Shown: positions 1 to 8,129 of the stretch, one piece after another
Position numbering within the stretch: the first letter of the stretch is position 1
How the letters are laid out: each line of letters starts with the position of its first letter
DNA from: Candidatus Parcubacteria bacterium
Lineage (GTDB): Bacteria > Patescibacteriota > Microgenomatia > Levybacterales > UBA12049
Length of the DNA stretch: 45,727 nt
Direction of reading: 5' to 3'
NCBI GenBank assembly: GCA_039798685.1
Contig: JBDKFM010000001.1
Span: 1-45,727, forward strand
Program-made: the position numbers and the translations under genes
The notes under the pieces: model-generated
The model's database searches: none
Told to the model about the DNA's origin: nothing
Seen by the model: only the letters and a program-made list of their open reading frames with translations

Positions 1-736
1 TTACAATGTCGTTATGACCGGAAATAAGTGACTCAATAATGACAAGTGGATTCAGTGCAAAAAGCACTAATACACCGGTTGATGACCCTGAGTGTAACCT
101 CTGAGCAATCTTTTGTAAGAAATAACATGTTCCGATGAAACACATACCGATTGCGATCTTAAAAAGAAAGTAGGTGAGAACGAAATACTGCACGCCCACG
201 AAAGAAAGCGGTACAGTAAAAATCAGCCACGATGGGCCATATGGATACACCCTATGTGTCCAATGCATAAATGAGAGCATCGGATCACCAGGATAGTCAA
301 GTGCTTTTTTAAAATACGGATTCTCATGATAGTGGGTAATTATTTTTGCATCAAAGATATAATTAAAAAGATCGTAGGAGAATGCAGTGTACGAAAAGAC
401 AAGCAACACAGTTGAAAAAAGTATCAGAAACCAGACTGAGCGTTTTCTCAGCCTACCTCTCAAAGCATCCTTCACGAGAAGCATGAAACTCACAAAGAAC
501 ATTGCAATGATGCCTATAAAAAGAGATGTAGACAAAGGTCTATTAAAATAGCCTATCCACTGAAAACCCTGCTGTATAGGCTGGATAAATGATGCCCTTG
601 TCAGAGTCAGTGAGAGATCAATCTGTGTGAATGAATAGAAAAACAAAAGGACGACTGAGATGCAATATAGAAAAAATGACACACGAGTCCCTATCAACTC
701 AGGCAATACATTCCTTAAAAAACCAGGAATTTTCAT
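1..736 (-). CDS. Polytopic membrane protein, GT-C-type glycosyltransferase candidate (N-terminal part only; ORF runs off the left edge)
   Basis: Own translation of the minus strand from ATG 736..734: MKIPGFLRNVLPELIGTRVSFFLYCISVVLLFFYSF...SYDLFNYIFDAKI...HWTHRVYPYGPSWLIFTVPLSF...LISGHNDIV. It stays open to position 2, so it is absent from the ORF track. Several hydrophobic spans, with an acidic loop after TM1-3 as in GT-C enzymes. ATGA start/stop overlap (733..736) with the upstream GT2 gene. Confidence 0.6.
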   Translation of the reverse strand, partial: MKIPGFLRNVLPELIGTRVSFFLYCISVVLLFFYSFTQIDLSLTLTRASFIQPIQQGFQWIGYFNRPLSTSLFIGIIAMFFVSFMLLVKDALRGRLRKRSVWFLILFSTVLLVFSYTAFSYDLFNYIFDAKIITHYHENPYFKKALDYPGDPMLSFMHWTHRVYPYGPSWLIFTVPLSFVGVQYFVLTYFLFKIAIGMCFIGTCYFLQKIAQRLHSGSSTGVLVLFALNPLVIIESLISGHNDIV

Positions 737-1494
737 ATGTTTTCGTACTTACCTGAGAGGGCGTTTGCTTTAATTCTCACAAGATCCAACACGCCACGTA
801 TTGAATCGCCAACCGGATTTACTCTTCTTGACTCAACATATAACCATGAGACAGGAACTTCTTTTACGGTATATCCCATCTTCTGTGCGAGATACAATAA
901 TTCAACATCAAATCCCGCAGAAACACTTGACCCACTCACCTTCCTAAAACCGTGATGGAGTTTTTGCAATCTGAGAAAGAGCGTATGCCCGACCTCTCTC
1001 TGAAACATCTTAAAACCGCACTGTGTGTCAGAGATACCTGAAATCCCGACAAGTGTGCTTCTCAAAAGCATCATACTACGCGCCATAAGTACTCTCGTCC
1101 ATGGTGCTCCTTTTCTGTTGGATTTCCGGGAACCGATCACAACAGCGTAATGCTCATCAAAATAGGGTAGCAGCCGTTTTACTTCTTCAATCGGTGTCGC
1201 CTGATCCATATCAGTAAATAGTATATATTTCCCATTTGCCTTGAGAATACCGGCAGTAAGCGCACCTGCTTTCCCTGTGTGCGGGTTTTTAATGAGGGTA
1301 AATGTCTTATTCTCTTTTACAAAGTCTTCAATGAAACCGTCACTACCGTCTCTCGACCCGTCATCCACAACGATTACTTCATATATATACTTTTGCTTGT
1401 CGAGAAAGGATTTCACATGATCCAGAACTCCCTTTCGGAGATTTGCCATCTCATCATATGAGGGGATCACGACGGAGAGAAAGATATCCTTCAC
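733..1494 (-). CDS. GT2 family glycosyltransferase, polyprenyl/dolichyl-phosphate sugar synthase-like (DPM1/ArnC/GtrB type)
   Basis: 253 aa. Motifs LSVVIPSYDE, VVDDGSRDGS and FTDMDQATP (DxD-type) are typical of GT2 polyprenol-phosphate glycosyltransferases. Confidence 0.85.
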   Translation of the reverse strand: MKDIFLSVVIPSYDEMANLRKGVLDHVKSFLDKQKYIYEVIVVDDGSRDGSDGFIEDFVKENKTFTLIKNPHTGKAGALTAGILKANGKYILFTDMDQATPIEEVKRLLPYFDEHYAVVIGSRKSNRKGAPWTRVLMARSMMLLRSTLVGISGISDTQCGFKMFQREVGHTLFLRLQKLHHGFRKVSGSSVSAGFDVELLYLAQKMGYTVKEVPVSWLYVESRRVNPVGDSIRGVLDLVRIKANALSGKYENI

Positions 1495-1541
1495 AGATAA
1501 ATTATACTATAAATACAGAAGTTGGGAAGAAATAAGAAATG

Positions 1542-1613
1542 TGACCCCACGGGAATTCGAATCCCGGTAATCAGAATGAGAATCTGATGTCCTAACCACT
1601 AGACGATGGGGCC
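1542..1613 (-). tRNA. tRNA-Glu(CUC): tRNA-Glu (anticodon CUC), no encoded CCA
   Basis: Minus-strand read GGCCCCA TC GTCT AGTGGTTA GGAC A TCAGA TTCTCAT TCTGA TTAC CGGGA TTCGAAT TCCCG TGGGGTC A folds as a 72-nt cloverleaf. T-loop is TTCGAAT; anticodon loop is TT-CTC-AT. Confidence 0.9.
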
Positions 1614-1754
1614 GTATGCTCTATTTTACCTTAAATTGAAGCTGGAGACAATGCTCGCATGTAACTATGAGGCATATATTTAAGAGGCATTTTGGCTGTA
1701 AATACACCAGGACATCTTACAACCTCACATCCCCCTAACTCACAGCAACTTTCT

Positions 1755-2921
1755 TTACGACACACTATGTATTGCGGCTGTGATTGCCTGATATTCAGCA
1801 AACGGCAAATTATTTAATCTTTTCTGCTCATACACAGGATAGAGCATTCGCTTTGTAAGACTCGTCTGTTCTACAATACGAACAGCTTCTTCAAGCACTT
1901 CATGATCCGGATACACTGTAAATAGATCAGTCACAAAATCCTGATACTCCCCACCGCCGATATCAGAAGCGATATTCATAGCACCGGCAATAGAGATAGT
2001 CAGATCAAGCACATCGCGCGCCTGTGCTTCCAGGAGAGGAACACCAGTATCATATTGCACTTCCGGATCAACAATCATGACCGATCGACCTTCGTGTGCA
2101 ATCATCATATTATGCGCTGCCGGCTCACCCCATGCTATCCCTTCACTGTGTATGACAGATAATTCGGAAAGGGCATTTTTTGCAACCATGACTTTTTCAT
2201 CCACTCCAGCTCTCCCTGCCCACGAAAATTCTTCAGAAAAATCTATCTCTTTATTATGCGCAAAGAAATCAATACCATTCACATTTGGGATATACGGAAG
2301 TGCAATTACGTCTTTATAAGGAAACGCACCTATATCATCACCTTCGCCATTTAGCACTGGAATTCTACTCTTACCAATAAAGACGCTCTTCCACTCAGAC
2401 TCAGAAACTTTTCTCGCTGGATTGCCCGAGAGATGTCGCATGAGCGTATCTGACCAACGATGTAATCCTGATGATTTTGGATCAATTAAAAAAATTCTTC
2501 TTCCATCTTCGAGCGTTGCGATAGTGGTCATCGTGCTTCTATTTCTTGCTGTTCCAGGATATGAAAGAGCAGTCGGGTTCCCTTCAACAAAGTACCACGG
2601 CTTGACGAACCCTCTTCCTTCAGCAAACTCCCTCCCTTTTTCTTTGACATGCTCTGCGACTACATGAGGAAGCACAAGAGTATTTCCTTTCAAAGTACCG
2701 ATGTCCGAAAAGTCACCACAACGAAGCGTCGCGCTCTGATCCTGTGGGATTATTACTCCTGTGTGCACAAGCTCACTCCGAATATGACGGAGTCTTTCTT
2801 CAGATGGAACACGTCCCTCTGATGCAATACCAACGTTTCGAAATTCTGCGTTTATCCCTGATACCTGAGAAGTGACAATTGATTCCTGAGAGGAACGTCT
2901 CCTTCCTTCTTTTCCGTTCAT
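1755..2921 (-). CDS. Hypothetical protein with a degenerate APH/protein-kinase-like catalytic core in the C-terminal third
   Basis: ORF-track ORF 1755..2987 trimmed to the internal ATG at 2921 (MNGKEGRRR...), 1 nt after the lon stop (2923..2925). The longer form would overlap lon by 65 nt. LSVIHSEGIAWGEPAAHNMMIAHEGRSVMIVDPE matches the spacing of HGDxxxxN-x11-(I/V)D(F/W). The N-terminal ~250 aa are unrecognised. Confidence 0.6.
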   Translation of the reverse strand: MNGKEGRRRSSQESIVTSQVSGINAEFRNVGIASEGRVPSEERLRHIRSELVHTGVIIPQDQSATLRCGDFSDIGTLKGNTLVLPHVVAEHVKEKGREFAEGRGFVKPWYFVEGNPTALSYPGTARNRSTMTTIATLEDGRRIFLIDPKSSGLHRWSDTLMRHLSGNPARKVSESEWKSVFIGKSRIPVLNGEGDDIGAFPYKDVIALPYIPNVNGIDFFAHNKEIDFSEEFSWAGRAGVDEKVMVAKNALSELSVIHSEGIAWGEPAAHNMMIAHEGRSVMIVDPEVQYDTGVPLLEAQARDVLDLTISIAGAMNIASDIGGGEYQDFVTDLFTVYPDHEVLEEAVRIVEQTSLTKRMLYPVYEQKRLNNLPFAEYQAITAAIHSVS

Positions 2922-2922
2922 G

Positions 2923-5343
2923 TTAATCAGCCGGATATGGCTTCGTGGTTGTGGTGAGGACGGGACGAAGTGGAGTGAGTGACTCATCCTTCTTCTTTTT
3001 CCCGGTAGTCCTTTTTGAAAGGGCTATCGGCAAAACCTCATCCATGTGTTCAACAAAATGAAACGTTAAATCTTTCAGAACTTCCTTCGGCACATCCTCA
3101 AGATCCTTCTTATTTTCTTTCGGAAGAATAATCGTTTTGAGTCCTGAGCGGTGTGCTGCGATTACTTTTTCTTTTACTCCGCCAATCTCAAGCACCCTCC
3201 CACGCAGCGTTACCTCACCAGTCATCCCAACTGTACGGTTTACCGGTATCTTCGTCAACGCTGACACAATCGCTGTTGTGATCGCTGATCCTGCGGAAGG
3301 ACCGTCTTTCGGCACTGCTCCCTCTGGGACATGGATATGAACATCCAGTTTTTGATAAAATTTCTCTGAAAGTCCAAATTTCTCAGCCCTCGCCCTGATA
3401 TATGACATTGCTGCTTGGGCTGACTCTTTCATCACGTCTCCAAGCTGGCCAGTCAGTGTCAGATTTCCGCGTCCAGGCATCAATGCTACTTCAATAAATA
3501 ATATATCACCACCGGCCTCAGTCCATGCGAGCCCTGTCGACATACCGATCTCATCATGTTTCTCCACAACCGTCCCTCTATATTTGATCGGTCCTAAATA
3601 CTTCGTGACGTGTTTCTCATCAATTACGATCTTTTCCTTACTGCCTTCTGCGACTTTCTTGGCAATCTTTCTGAGGATTGCTGCCATTTTCCGCTCCAGA
3701 TTACGAACCCCAGCCTCTCTCGTGTAATGATTGATCATAAAATGAAGCGCATCATCCGTTATCTCAATTTTTGCTGCATCAAGACCATGACTCTCAAGCT
3801 GTTTCTTCGTAAGAAAATTCTTGGCGATATGGAATTTCTCATGATGTGTATAACCTGCAAACTGAATAATCTCCAGCCTGTCCCGTAATGCCGGCGGGAT
3901 AGTATCCAAAAGATTTGCTGTCGTCACAAACATCACGTCTGAAAGATCAAACGGTGCTTCAAGATAATGATCAGAGAATTCACTGTTCTGTTCCGGATCT
4001 AGTGCCTCAAGAAGTGCTGATGAAGGGTCTCCCCTGAAATCGGCTCCTACTTTATCAATTTCATCAAGCATAAAGACAGGGTTTCTCGTTCCGGCATCTT
4101 TGATACCCTGAATTATTCTACCCGGAAGCGCACCGACATAGGTCCGTCTGTGACCACGGATCTCCGCCTCATCCCTGACTCCACCGAGTGATACTCTGAT
4201 AAATTTACGCCCAAGAGCACGGGCAATTGATTTTCCAAGCGATGTCTTCCCGACTCCCGGTGGTCCGACAAAGCAAAGAATTGGACCTTTCATTTTTCCC
4301 GCAAGCTTATGGACTGCCAAATACTCAACAATGCGCTCTTTTACCTTCTCAAGACCATAGTGATCTTCGTTCAGTATGCGCTCAGCTGTTTTGATATCAA
4401 CGTCACTTTTACTCTCAACGCTCCATGGAAGAGAGAGCATCCATTCAACATAATTTCGGATATATCCTGCCTCTGGGTTAAACTGATTCATACTACCTAG
4501 TTTCTTAATCTCTTTTTTCACTTTTTCCTCTATCTCCTGAGGCATTTTGGCATCCCGAAGCTTCATCATCAGATCCTTTATCTCAGACCCCTCTTCCTCT
4601 CCAAGCTCTTTTTCAATTGTCTTCAGCCTTTCACGAAGCATTGCTTCACGCGCTCCTTTTTCAAACCGCTCCTGCGTTTTACTCGCGATCCTCCGCTCAA
4701 GTTCAAGCACCTTAATCTCTTTCGCAAGAAGTTCCGTCAATTTCTTCAGACGTTCTTTCACATCAGCCATCTCTAGCAGTTCCTGTCTCTCCTGGGGCTT
4801 CAGATCAAGTGCCGACGCGATAAGGTCAGAAAGCTCAGCAGGAGTATTTTCAGAAGACATAATATTCATAAAGACAAGAAAATCAGCTGATTTACCAAAA
4901 TTCATTGCCCGACGAAACTCATTGGTCAGATGATTGCAGAGTGCTTTTATCTCAGGAGTGTTTTCGATCACATCGGGTACCTCAACGACTTTTGCCATGA
5001 AAAACGAATCATGTTTCTCAAATGAGAGAATCTTTACGCGGGAAATTCCACGCACCTGCGCATTGATTTCTCCGTCCGCCCTAATCATCCTCTCAATTCT
5101 TGAGAGTGTACCGAGACCATAAAGATCATCGATACTCGGATCATTTAATCTCGCATTTTTTTGCAGCACGAAACACACTATCCTTTCATGCTGAAATGAT
5201 GATTCAAGCGCAGCAAGACTCTTCGGTCTTCCGAAAGTAAGGACTGAGTCGGTGCTTGGAAAAATGATTCCATCCCTAATAGGAATAACTGGGACTATTT
5301 TTTCTTCGGGTGTAGTTTTGGAGGTAACTTTCGTGTTCTGCAT
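2923..5343 (-). CDS. lon: ATP-dependent Lon protease (LonA type)
   Basis: 806 aa. N-terminal LON substrate-binding region (VIPIRDGIIFP), Walker A GPPGVGKTS, Walker B FMLDEIDK, and protease serine motif PKDGPSAGSA. Confidence 0.97.
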   Translation of the reverse strand: MQNTKVTSKTTPEEKIVPVIPIRDGIIFPSTDSVLTFGRPKSLAALESSFQHERIVCFVLQKNARLNDPSIDDLYGLGTLSRIERMIRADGEINAQVRGISRVKILSFEKHDSFFMAKVVEVPDVIENTPEIKALCNHLTNEFRRAMNFGKSADFLVFMNIMSSENTPAELSDLIASALDLKPQERQELLEMADVKERLKKLTELLAKEIKVLELERRIASKTQERFEKGAREAMLRERLKTIEKELGEEEGSEIKDLMMKLRDAKMPQEIEEKVKKEIKKLGSMNQFNPEAGYIRNYVEWMLSLPWSVESKSDVDIKTAERILNEDHYGLEKVKERIVEYLAVHKLAGKMKGPILCFVGPPGVGKTSLGKSIARALGRKFIRVSLGGVRDEAEIRGHRRTYVGALPGRIIQGIKDAGTRNPVFMLDEIDKVGADFRGDPSSALLEALDPEQNSEFSDHYLEAPFDLSDVMFVTTANLLDTIPPALRDRLEIIQFAGYTHHEKFHIAKNFLTKKQLESHGLDAAKIEITDDALHFMINHYTREAGVRNLERKMAAILRKIAKKVAEGSKEKIVIDEKHVTKYLGPIKYRGTVVEKHDEIGMSTGLAWTEAGGDILFIEVALMPGRGNLTLTGQLGDVMKESAQAAMSYIRARAEKFGLSEKFYQKLDVHIHVPEGAVPKDGPSAGSAITTAIVSALTKIPVNRTVGMTGEVTLRGRVLEIGGVKEKVIAAHRSGLKTIILPKENKKDLEDVPKEVLKDLTFHFVEHMDEVLPIALSKRTTGKKKKDESLTPLRPVLTTTTKPYPAD

Positions 5344-5349
5344 GATGTC

Positions 5350-5376
5350 TTAGCACTCTATCATATCAACTGCTAC
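5350..5376 (-). promoter_or_regulatory. CIRCE-like inverted repeat (candidate HrcA operator) over the lon promoter
   Basis: Plus strand TTAGCACTC-TATCATATC-AACTGCTAC versus consensus TTAGCACTC-N9-GAGTGCTAA. One arm matches 9/9 and the other 6/9, with exact N9 spacing. It covers the spacer, the -10 box and the expected start site of lon. Confidence 0.45.
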
Positions 5377-5383
5377 CTGTCAA
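5355..5383 (-). promoter_or_regulatory. Sigma70-type promoter of lon
   Basis: Minus strand TTGACA (5383..5378), 17-nt spacer, TAGAGT (5360..5355), then 11 nt to ATG 5343. No Shine-Dalgarno sequence. Confidence 0.5.
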
Positions 5384-5475
5384 GTATCTCCTGTATTTTT
5401 AACACGGGTCAGGGATCATGTCAACAATCGGATGATATAGACAACACAATTTCTAAACAAAACAATTGTGCGGGG

Positions 5476-5503
5476 TTGACAAATTATCCTCAGCTTCTAC
5501 AAT
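5476..5503 (+). promoter_or_regulatory. Sigma70-type promoter giving a leaderless DUF1003 transcript
   Basis: TTGACA (5476..5481), 16-nt spacer, TACAAT (5498..5503), then 6 nt to ATG 5510. Confidence 0.6.
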
Positions 5504-5509
5504 GAATCT

Positions 5510-6025
5510 ATGCTTAAGCTAAAAAATCCCTCCATAACGACTCTTTCGCCACATCAACCGGATTATCTGATCAAAAAGCTTCATTCTTTTGAAGGGCGTC
5601 TTGCTGACTATATTACATTCTTCTCGGGAAGCATGTACTTCGTGTACTTTCACGTGATCTGGTTTAGCTTCTGGATACTTGCAAATCAAGGCTTATTTGC
5701 TCCGACTGTTCCAAAATTCGATCCATATCCGTATGGACTTTTGACAATGATAGTCTCGCTCGAAGCAATTTTCCTCTCAACATTTATCATGATTTCACAA
5801 AATCGTCAGGCACTTGTTGAGACATATCGCGAGTTTGAAGAGGAGCAAGAACAACGTGAGGAAGATATTGAGCAGGAGGAACTGGAAGAAGAGGTCGAAG
5901 ATATCCAAAAAGATCTCGATGATATTAAAAACGCAATGTTATTTATTCAACAAAAACTTACGTCTCTTGAAAAATCCCCGAGAGTCCACCCGACACAGAT
6001 TGCCTCAAAGAAATCTTCAGAATAA
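5510..6025 (+). CDS. DUF1003 family membrane protein with acidic coiled C-terminus
   Basis: LADYITFFSGSMYFVYFHVIWFSFW...FDPYPYGLLTMIVSLEAIFLSTFIMISQNRQ matches the DUF1003 signature (FDPYP...SxEA...SQNRQ). Confidence 0.8.
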   Translation: MLKLKNPSITTLSPHQPDYLIKKLHSFEGRLADYITFFSGSMYFVYFHVIWFSFWILANQGLFAPTVPKFDPYPYGLLTMIVSLEAIFLSTFIMISQNRQALVETYREFEEEQEQREEDIEQEELEEEVEDIQKDLDDIKNAMLFIQQKLTSLEKSPRVHPTQIASKKSSE

Positions 6026-6604
6026 TCATCGTTTCCCACCACAGGTCGCATCTGACCATAGTCCTTTTTTCTCAGTCATCGCCTGGAACTGAGCTTTTTT
6101 AAATGTTTCCTGATATGTATACGGAAGATCATACGTGTATTCATACGCATATCCGTCCTGTATCAACAGCAGATTGAGCATACGGCCGTCTTCAAGAAAA
6201 ACGTAGCGGAGCAACCGCCCATACTTATCCTTCAACTGCTGCGTCTCATCTGACTGAAGCTTCACTTCTTTCCCGAGTGAAACATCCTTGAGATACAACG
6301 CCGCTTCCTTACTAAAACACTCCACTTTTTTCCTCGGGTCTACAGATTCAGGCGTATCCACTCCCAGCAATCTTACCTTCTCTTGTTTACTACCCTGCAC
6401 AACAACAATCGTATCCCCATCAATTACCCTCTTCACGGATATCCTTTCTGAGTTTTCAGAAAGGACGTGCTGCTCAGTCGTCGTTGTGAAATATAATCCC
6501 AATAGCTGAGCACTAAGATCTTCTTTTTCTGACTGAGATAGAGAAAGGGAAGACACAAGAACAACGACAATCAATGACAGAAACAGCTTGGTTAGAGTAT
6601 GCAA
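6026..6604 (-). CDS. Secreted thermonuclease (staphylococcal nuclease/SNase family)
   Basis: N-terminal signal/anchor LFLSLIVVVLVSSLSLS. SNase core VIDGDTIVV...VRLLGVDTPE...KYGRLLRYV...GYAYEY. TTG start at 6604. The stop abuts the DUF1003 stop. Confidence 0.85.
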   Translation of the reverse strand: MHTLTKLFLSLIVVVLVSSLSLSQSEKEDLSAQLLGLYFTTTTEQHVLSENSERISVKRVIDGDTIVVVQGSKQEKVRLLGVDTPESVDPRKKVECFSKEAALYLKDVSLGKEVKLQSDETQQLKDKYGRLLRYVFLEDGRMLNLLLIQDGYAYEYTYDLPYTYQETFKKAQFQAMTEKKGLWSDATCGGKR

Positions 6605-6650
6605 ATATTTTCAGAATCAATTCATTCTGTCCGTCTATTATAATACCTCT

Positions 6651-8129
6651 ATGCAGAAATTACTAAAGAAACAACTCAACCTCGTTACTTATTTCTTCTT
6701 TCTCTGCATCCCTCTCCTCATCTTTTTTCATCTCAGGGGATTTGTCGCACATGATGAAGGATGGATCCTCAACCCCGCCACAAGACTCCTTCATGGGGAG
6801 GCGGTATATCGTGATTTTCATTTTATTTATACTCCCGGAACACTTTTTTTTACAACAGGACTCTATGCACTCTTTGGTGAGAGCGTCATCATCGCACGTC
6901 TCGCGGCAGTTGCCATCGCATTTCTTACGCTTTTAATCGTATATTCATTAGTGAAAAGAGCGACCGGCAGGGCTACTGCCGGCATACTTGCAGCATCACT
7001 CTATCTCGCATGGGGTCCGATGCATATCAATTTTCTCTGGCCAGTTATGTTCGCGGTTCCCGCGTGCACTGCCGCATGTCTCCTTATCCTCAAAGCAGGC
7101 CAGGGAAGGAAAAGTAAATATTTTCTCTTTACCGGAATGGCGGTTTCCCTTGCATTTCTGAGCAAACAAAACTTCGGAGCAGCAATGATCCTCTCTCTAT
7201 CCCTCTATTTTCTCCTCTATCCTCCGATTAGAAAAATACAATATGTCGCAGCATGCATATCCGGATTTCTTCTCGCGCTCTTTCCAGTTCTTCTCTATTT
7301 TCTCTTTACGGGAACGCTGAGGGACTTTGCAGCAGATATGTATTACTTCATGATAGAAAAAACAATTTTTATGCGATTGCAGGACACTCCATTCTTCTAT
7401 CCCGCACCGCTCCTGAAGATGCTGATCAAAAATCTTCTCTATCTCACGCCATTTATCATCTCTGGATTCTCTTTTTATATCGCCTATAAATACACAAAAA
7501 AACTCCTCATACTTCCGTTATTCAGCGGGTTTTTCTATCTTTTCGGTATCAGACCGACCACAGATTATATCCACCTTCTCCCCCTTCTCGCCGTCACGGG
7601 AATCCCATTGTCTCTTCTTGTTACACAAAAAAAGCTACCTCTTCTTAAAGCCATAAGTATCATTTTTGCGCTCTTTCTCCTTGTATCCGGACTTTATGAC
7701 GCGCTACTTCGCAACTACTATCGATGGGATACGCCGATTCTTAATCACACAGTTCAAGTCGAGAATCCAAAACTAGGAATACTGATGACCCAAAACGCTG
7801 CAACGACACTCTCACTTCTCACGACCGTTGTTAACAAATACTCCGATAAAGATGATTTTGTTTTCTTCTACGCCTATACCCCACTCTATTACATGCTTCT
7901 GGAACGGAGAAATCCGACACGGTTCGACTTTTTTCCACCACTCAATGAAAAGGATCAGCGGGAAATAGTAATCGATCTCCAAAATAAAGCTGTGCAACTC
8001 ATCGTCACAGAACACCCATTAAAAAATGACGACTCAACAATCGCAGCCTTTATCAAGAAACACTACAGCCTCATTCATACTTCGCGAATATTTGTATGGA
8101 AGAAAAACCATTCACCACTTAAGACGTAG
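6651..8129 (+). CDS. Polytopic membrane protein, GT-C glycosyltransferase-like (PMT_2/ArnT-like)
   Basis: At least 10 hydrophobic spans. First extracytoplasmic loop is VAHDEGWILNPATRLLHGEAVYRDF (DE motif as in GT39/GT83). Start moved from the ORF-track TTG 6588 to ATG 6651, because TATAAT (6639..6644) sits 6 nt upstream and the TTG form overlaps the nuclease start. Confidence 0.65.
   Translation: MQKLLKKQLNLVTYFFFLCIPLLIFFHLRGFVAHDEGWILNPATRLLHGEAVYRDFHFIYTPGTLFFTTGLYALFGESVIIARLAAVAIAFLTLLIVYSLVKRATGRATAGILAASLYLAWGPMHINFLWPVMFAVPACTAACLLILKAGQGRKSKYFLFTGMAVSLAFLSKQNFGAAMILSLSLYFLLYPPIRKIQYVAACISGFLLALFPVLLYFLFTGTLRDFAADMYYFMIEKTIFMRLQDTPFFYPAPLLKMLIKNLLYLTPFIISGFSFYIAYKYTKKLLILPLFSGFFYLFGIRPTTDYIHLLPLLAVTGIPLSLLVTQKKLPLLKAISIIFALFLLVSGLYDALLRNYYRWDTPILNHTVQVENPKLGILMTQNAATTLSLLTTVVNKYSDKDDFVFFYAYTPLYYMLLERRNPTRFDFFPPLNEKDQREIVIDLQNKAVQLIVTEHPLKNDDSTIAAFIKKHYSLIHTSRIFVWKKNHSPLKT

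Noticed and set aside
2922-2987. N-terminal 22-codon extension of ORF 1755..2987 overlapping the lon 3' end by 65 nt.
   Set aside because: An in-frame ATG at 2921 sits 1 nt after the lon stop and gives a compact operon junction, as elsewhere in the window. The extension is most likely an artefact of longest-ORF calling.
4547-4933. 128-aa plus-strand ORF inside lon. Similar antisense ORFs include 3137..3340, 8771..9016, 29625..30065, 34100..34444, 35677..36015, 36462..36731, 36851..37198 and 37220..37705.
   Set aside because: All lie antisense to, or out of frame with, strongly motif-supported genes. They have Ser/Arg/Leu-rich shadow-frame composition and no promoter or SD, so they are treated as non-coding shadows.
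6588-6650. TTG/GTG-extended starts in the ORF track: 6588, 16571, 18405, 21114, 30628 and 42200. The ATG at 23247 and the ATG at 13691 are similar cases.
   Set aside because: In each case an internal ATG exists and a -10 box lies inside or abuts the extension (6639, 18411, 23250, 42194, 13663), or the extension overlaps the divergent neighbour. The shorter forms are preferred, though without experimental proof.
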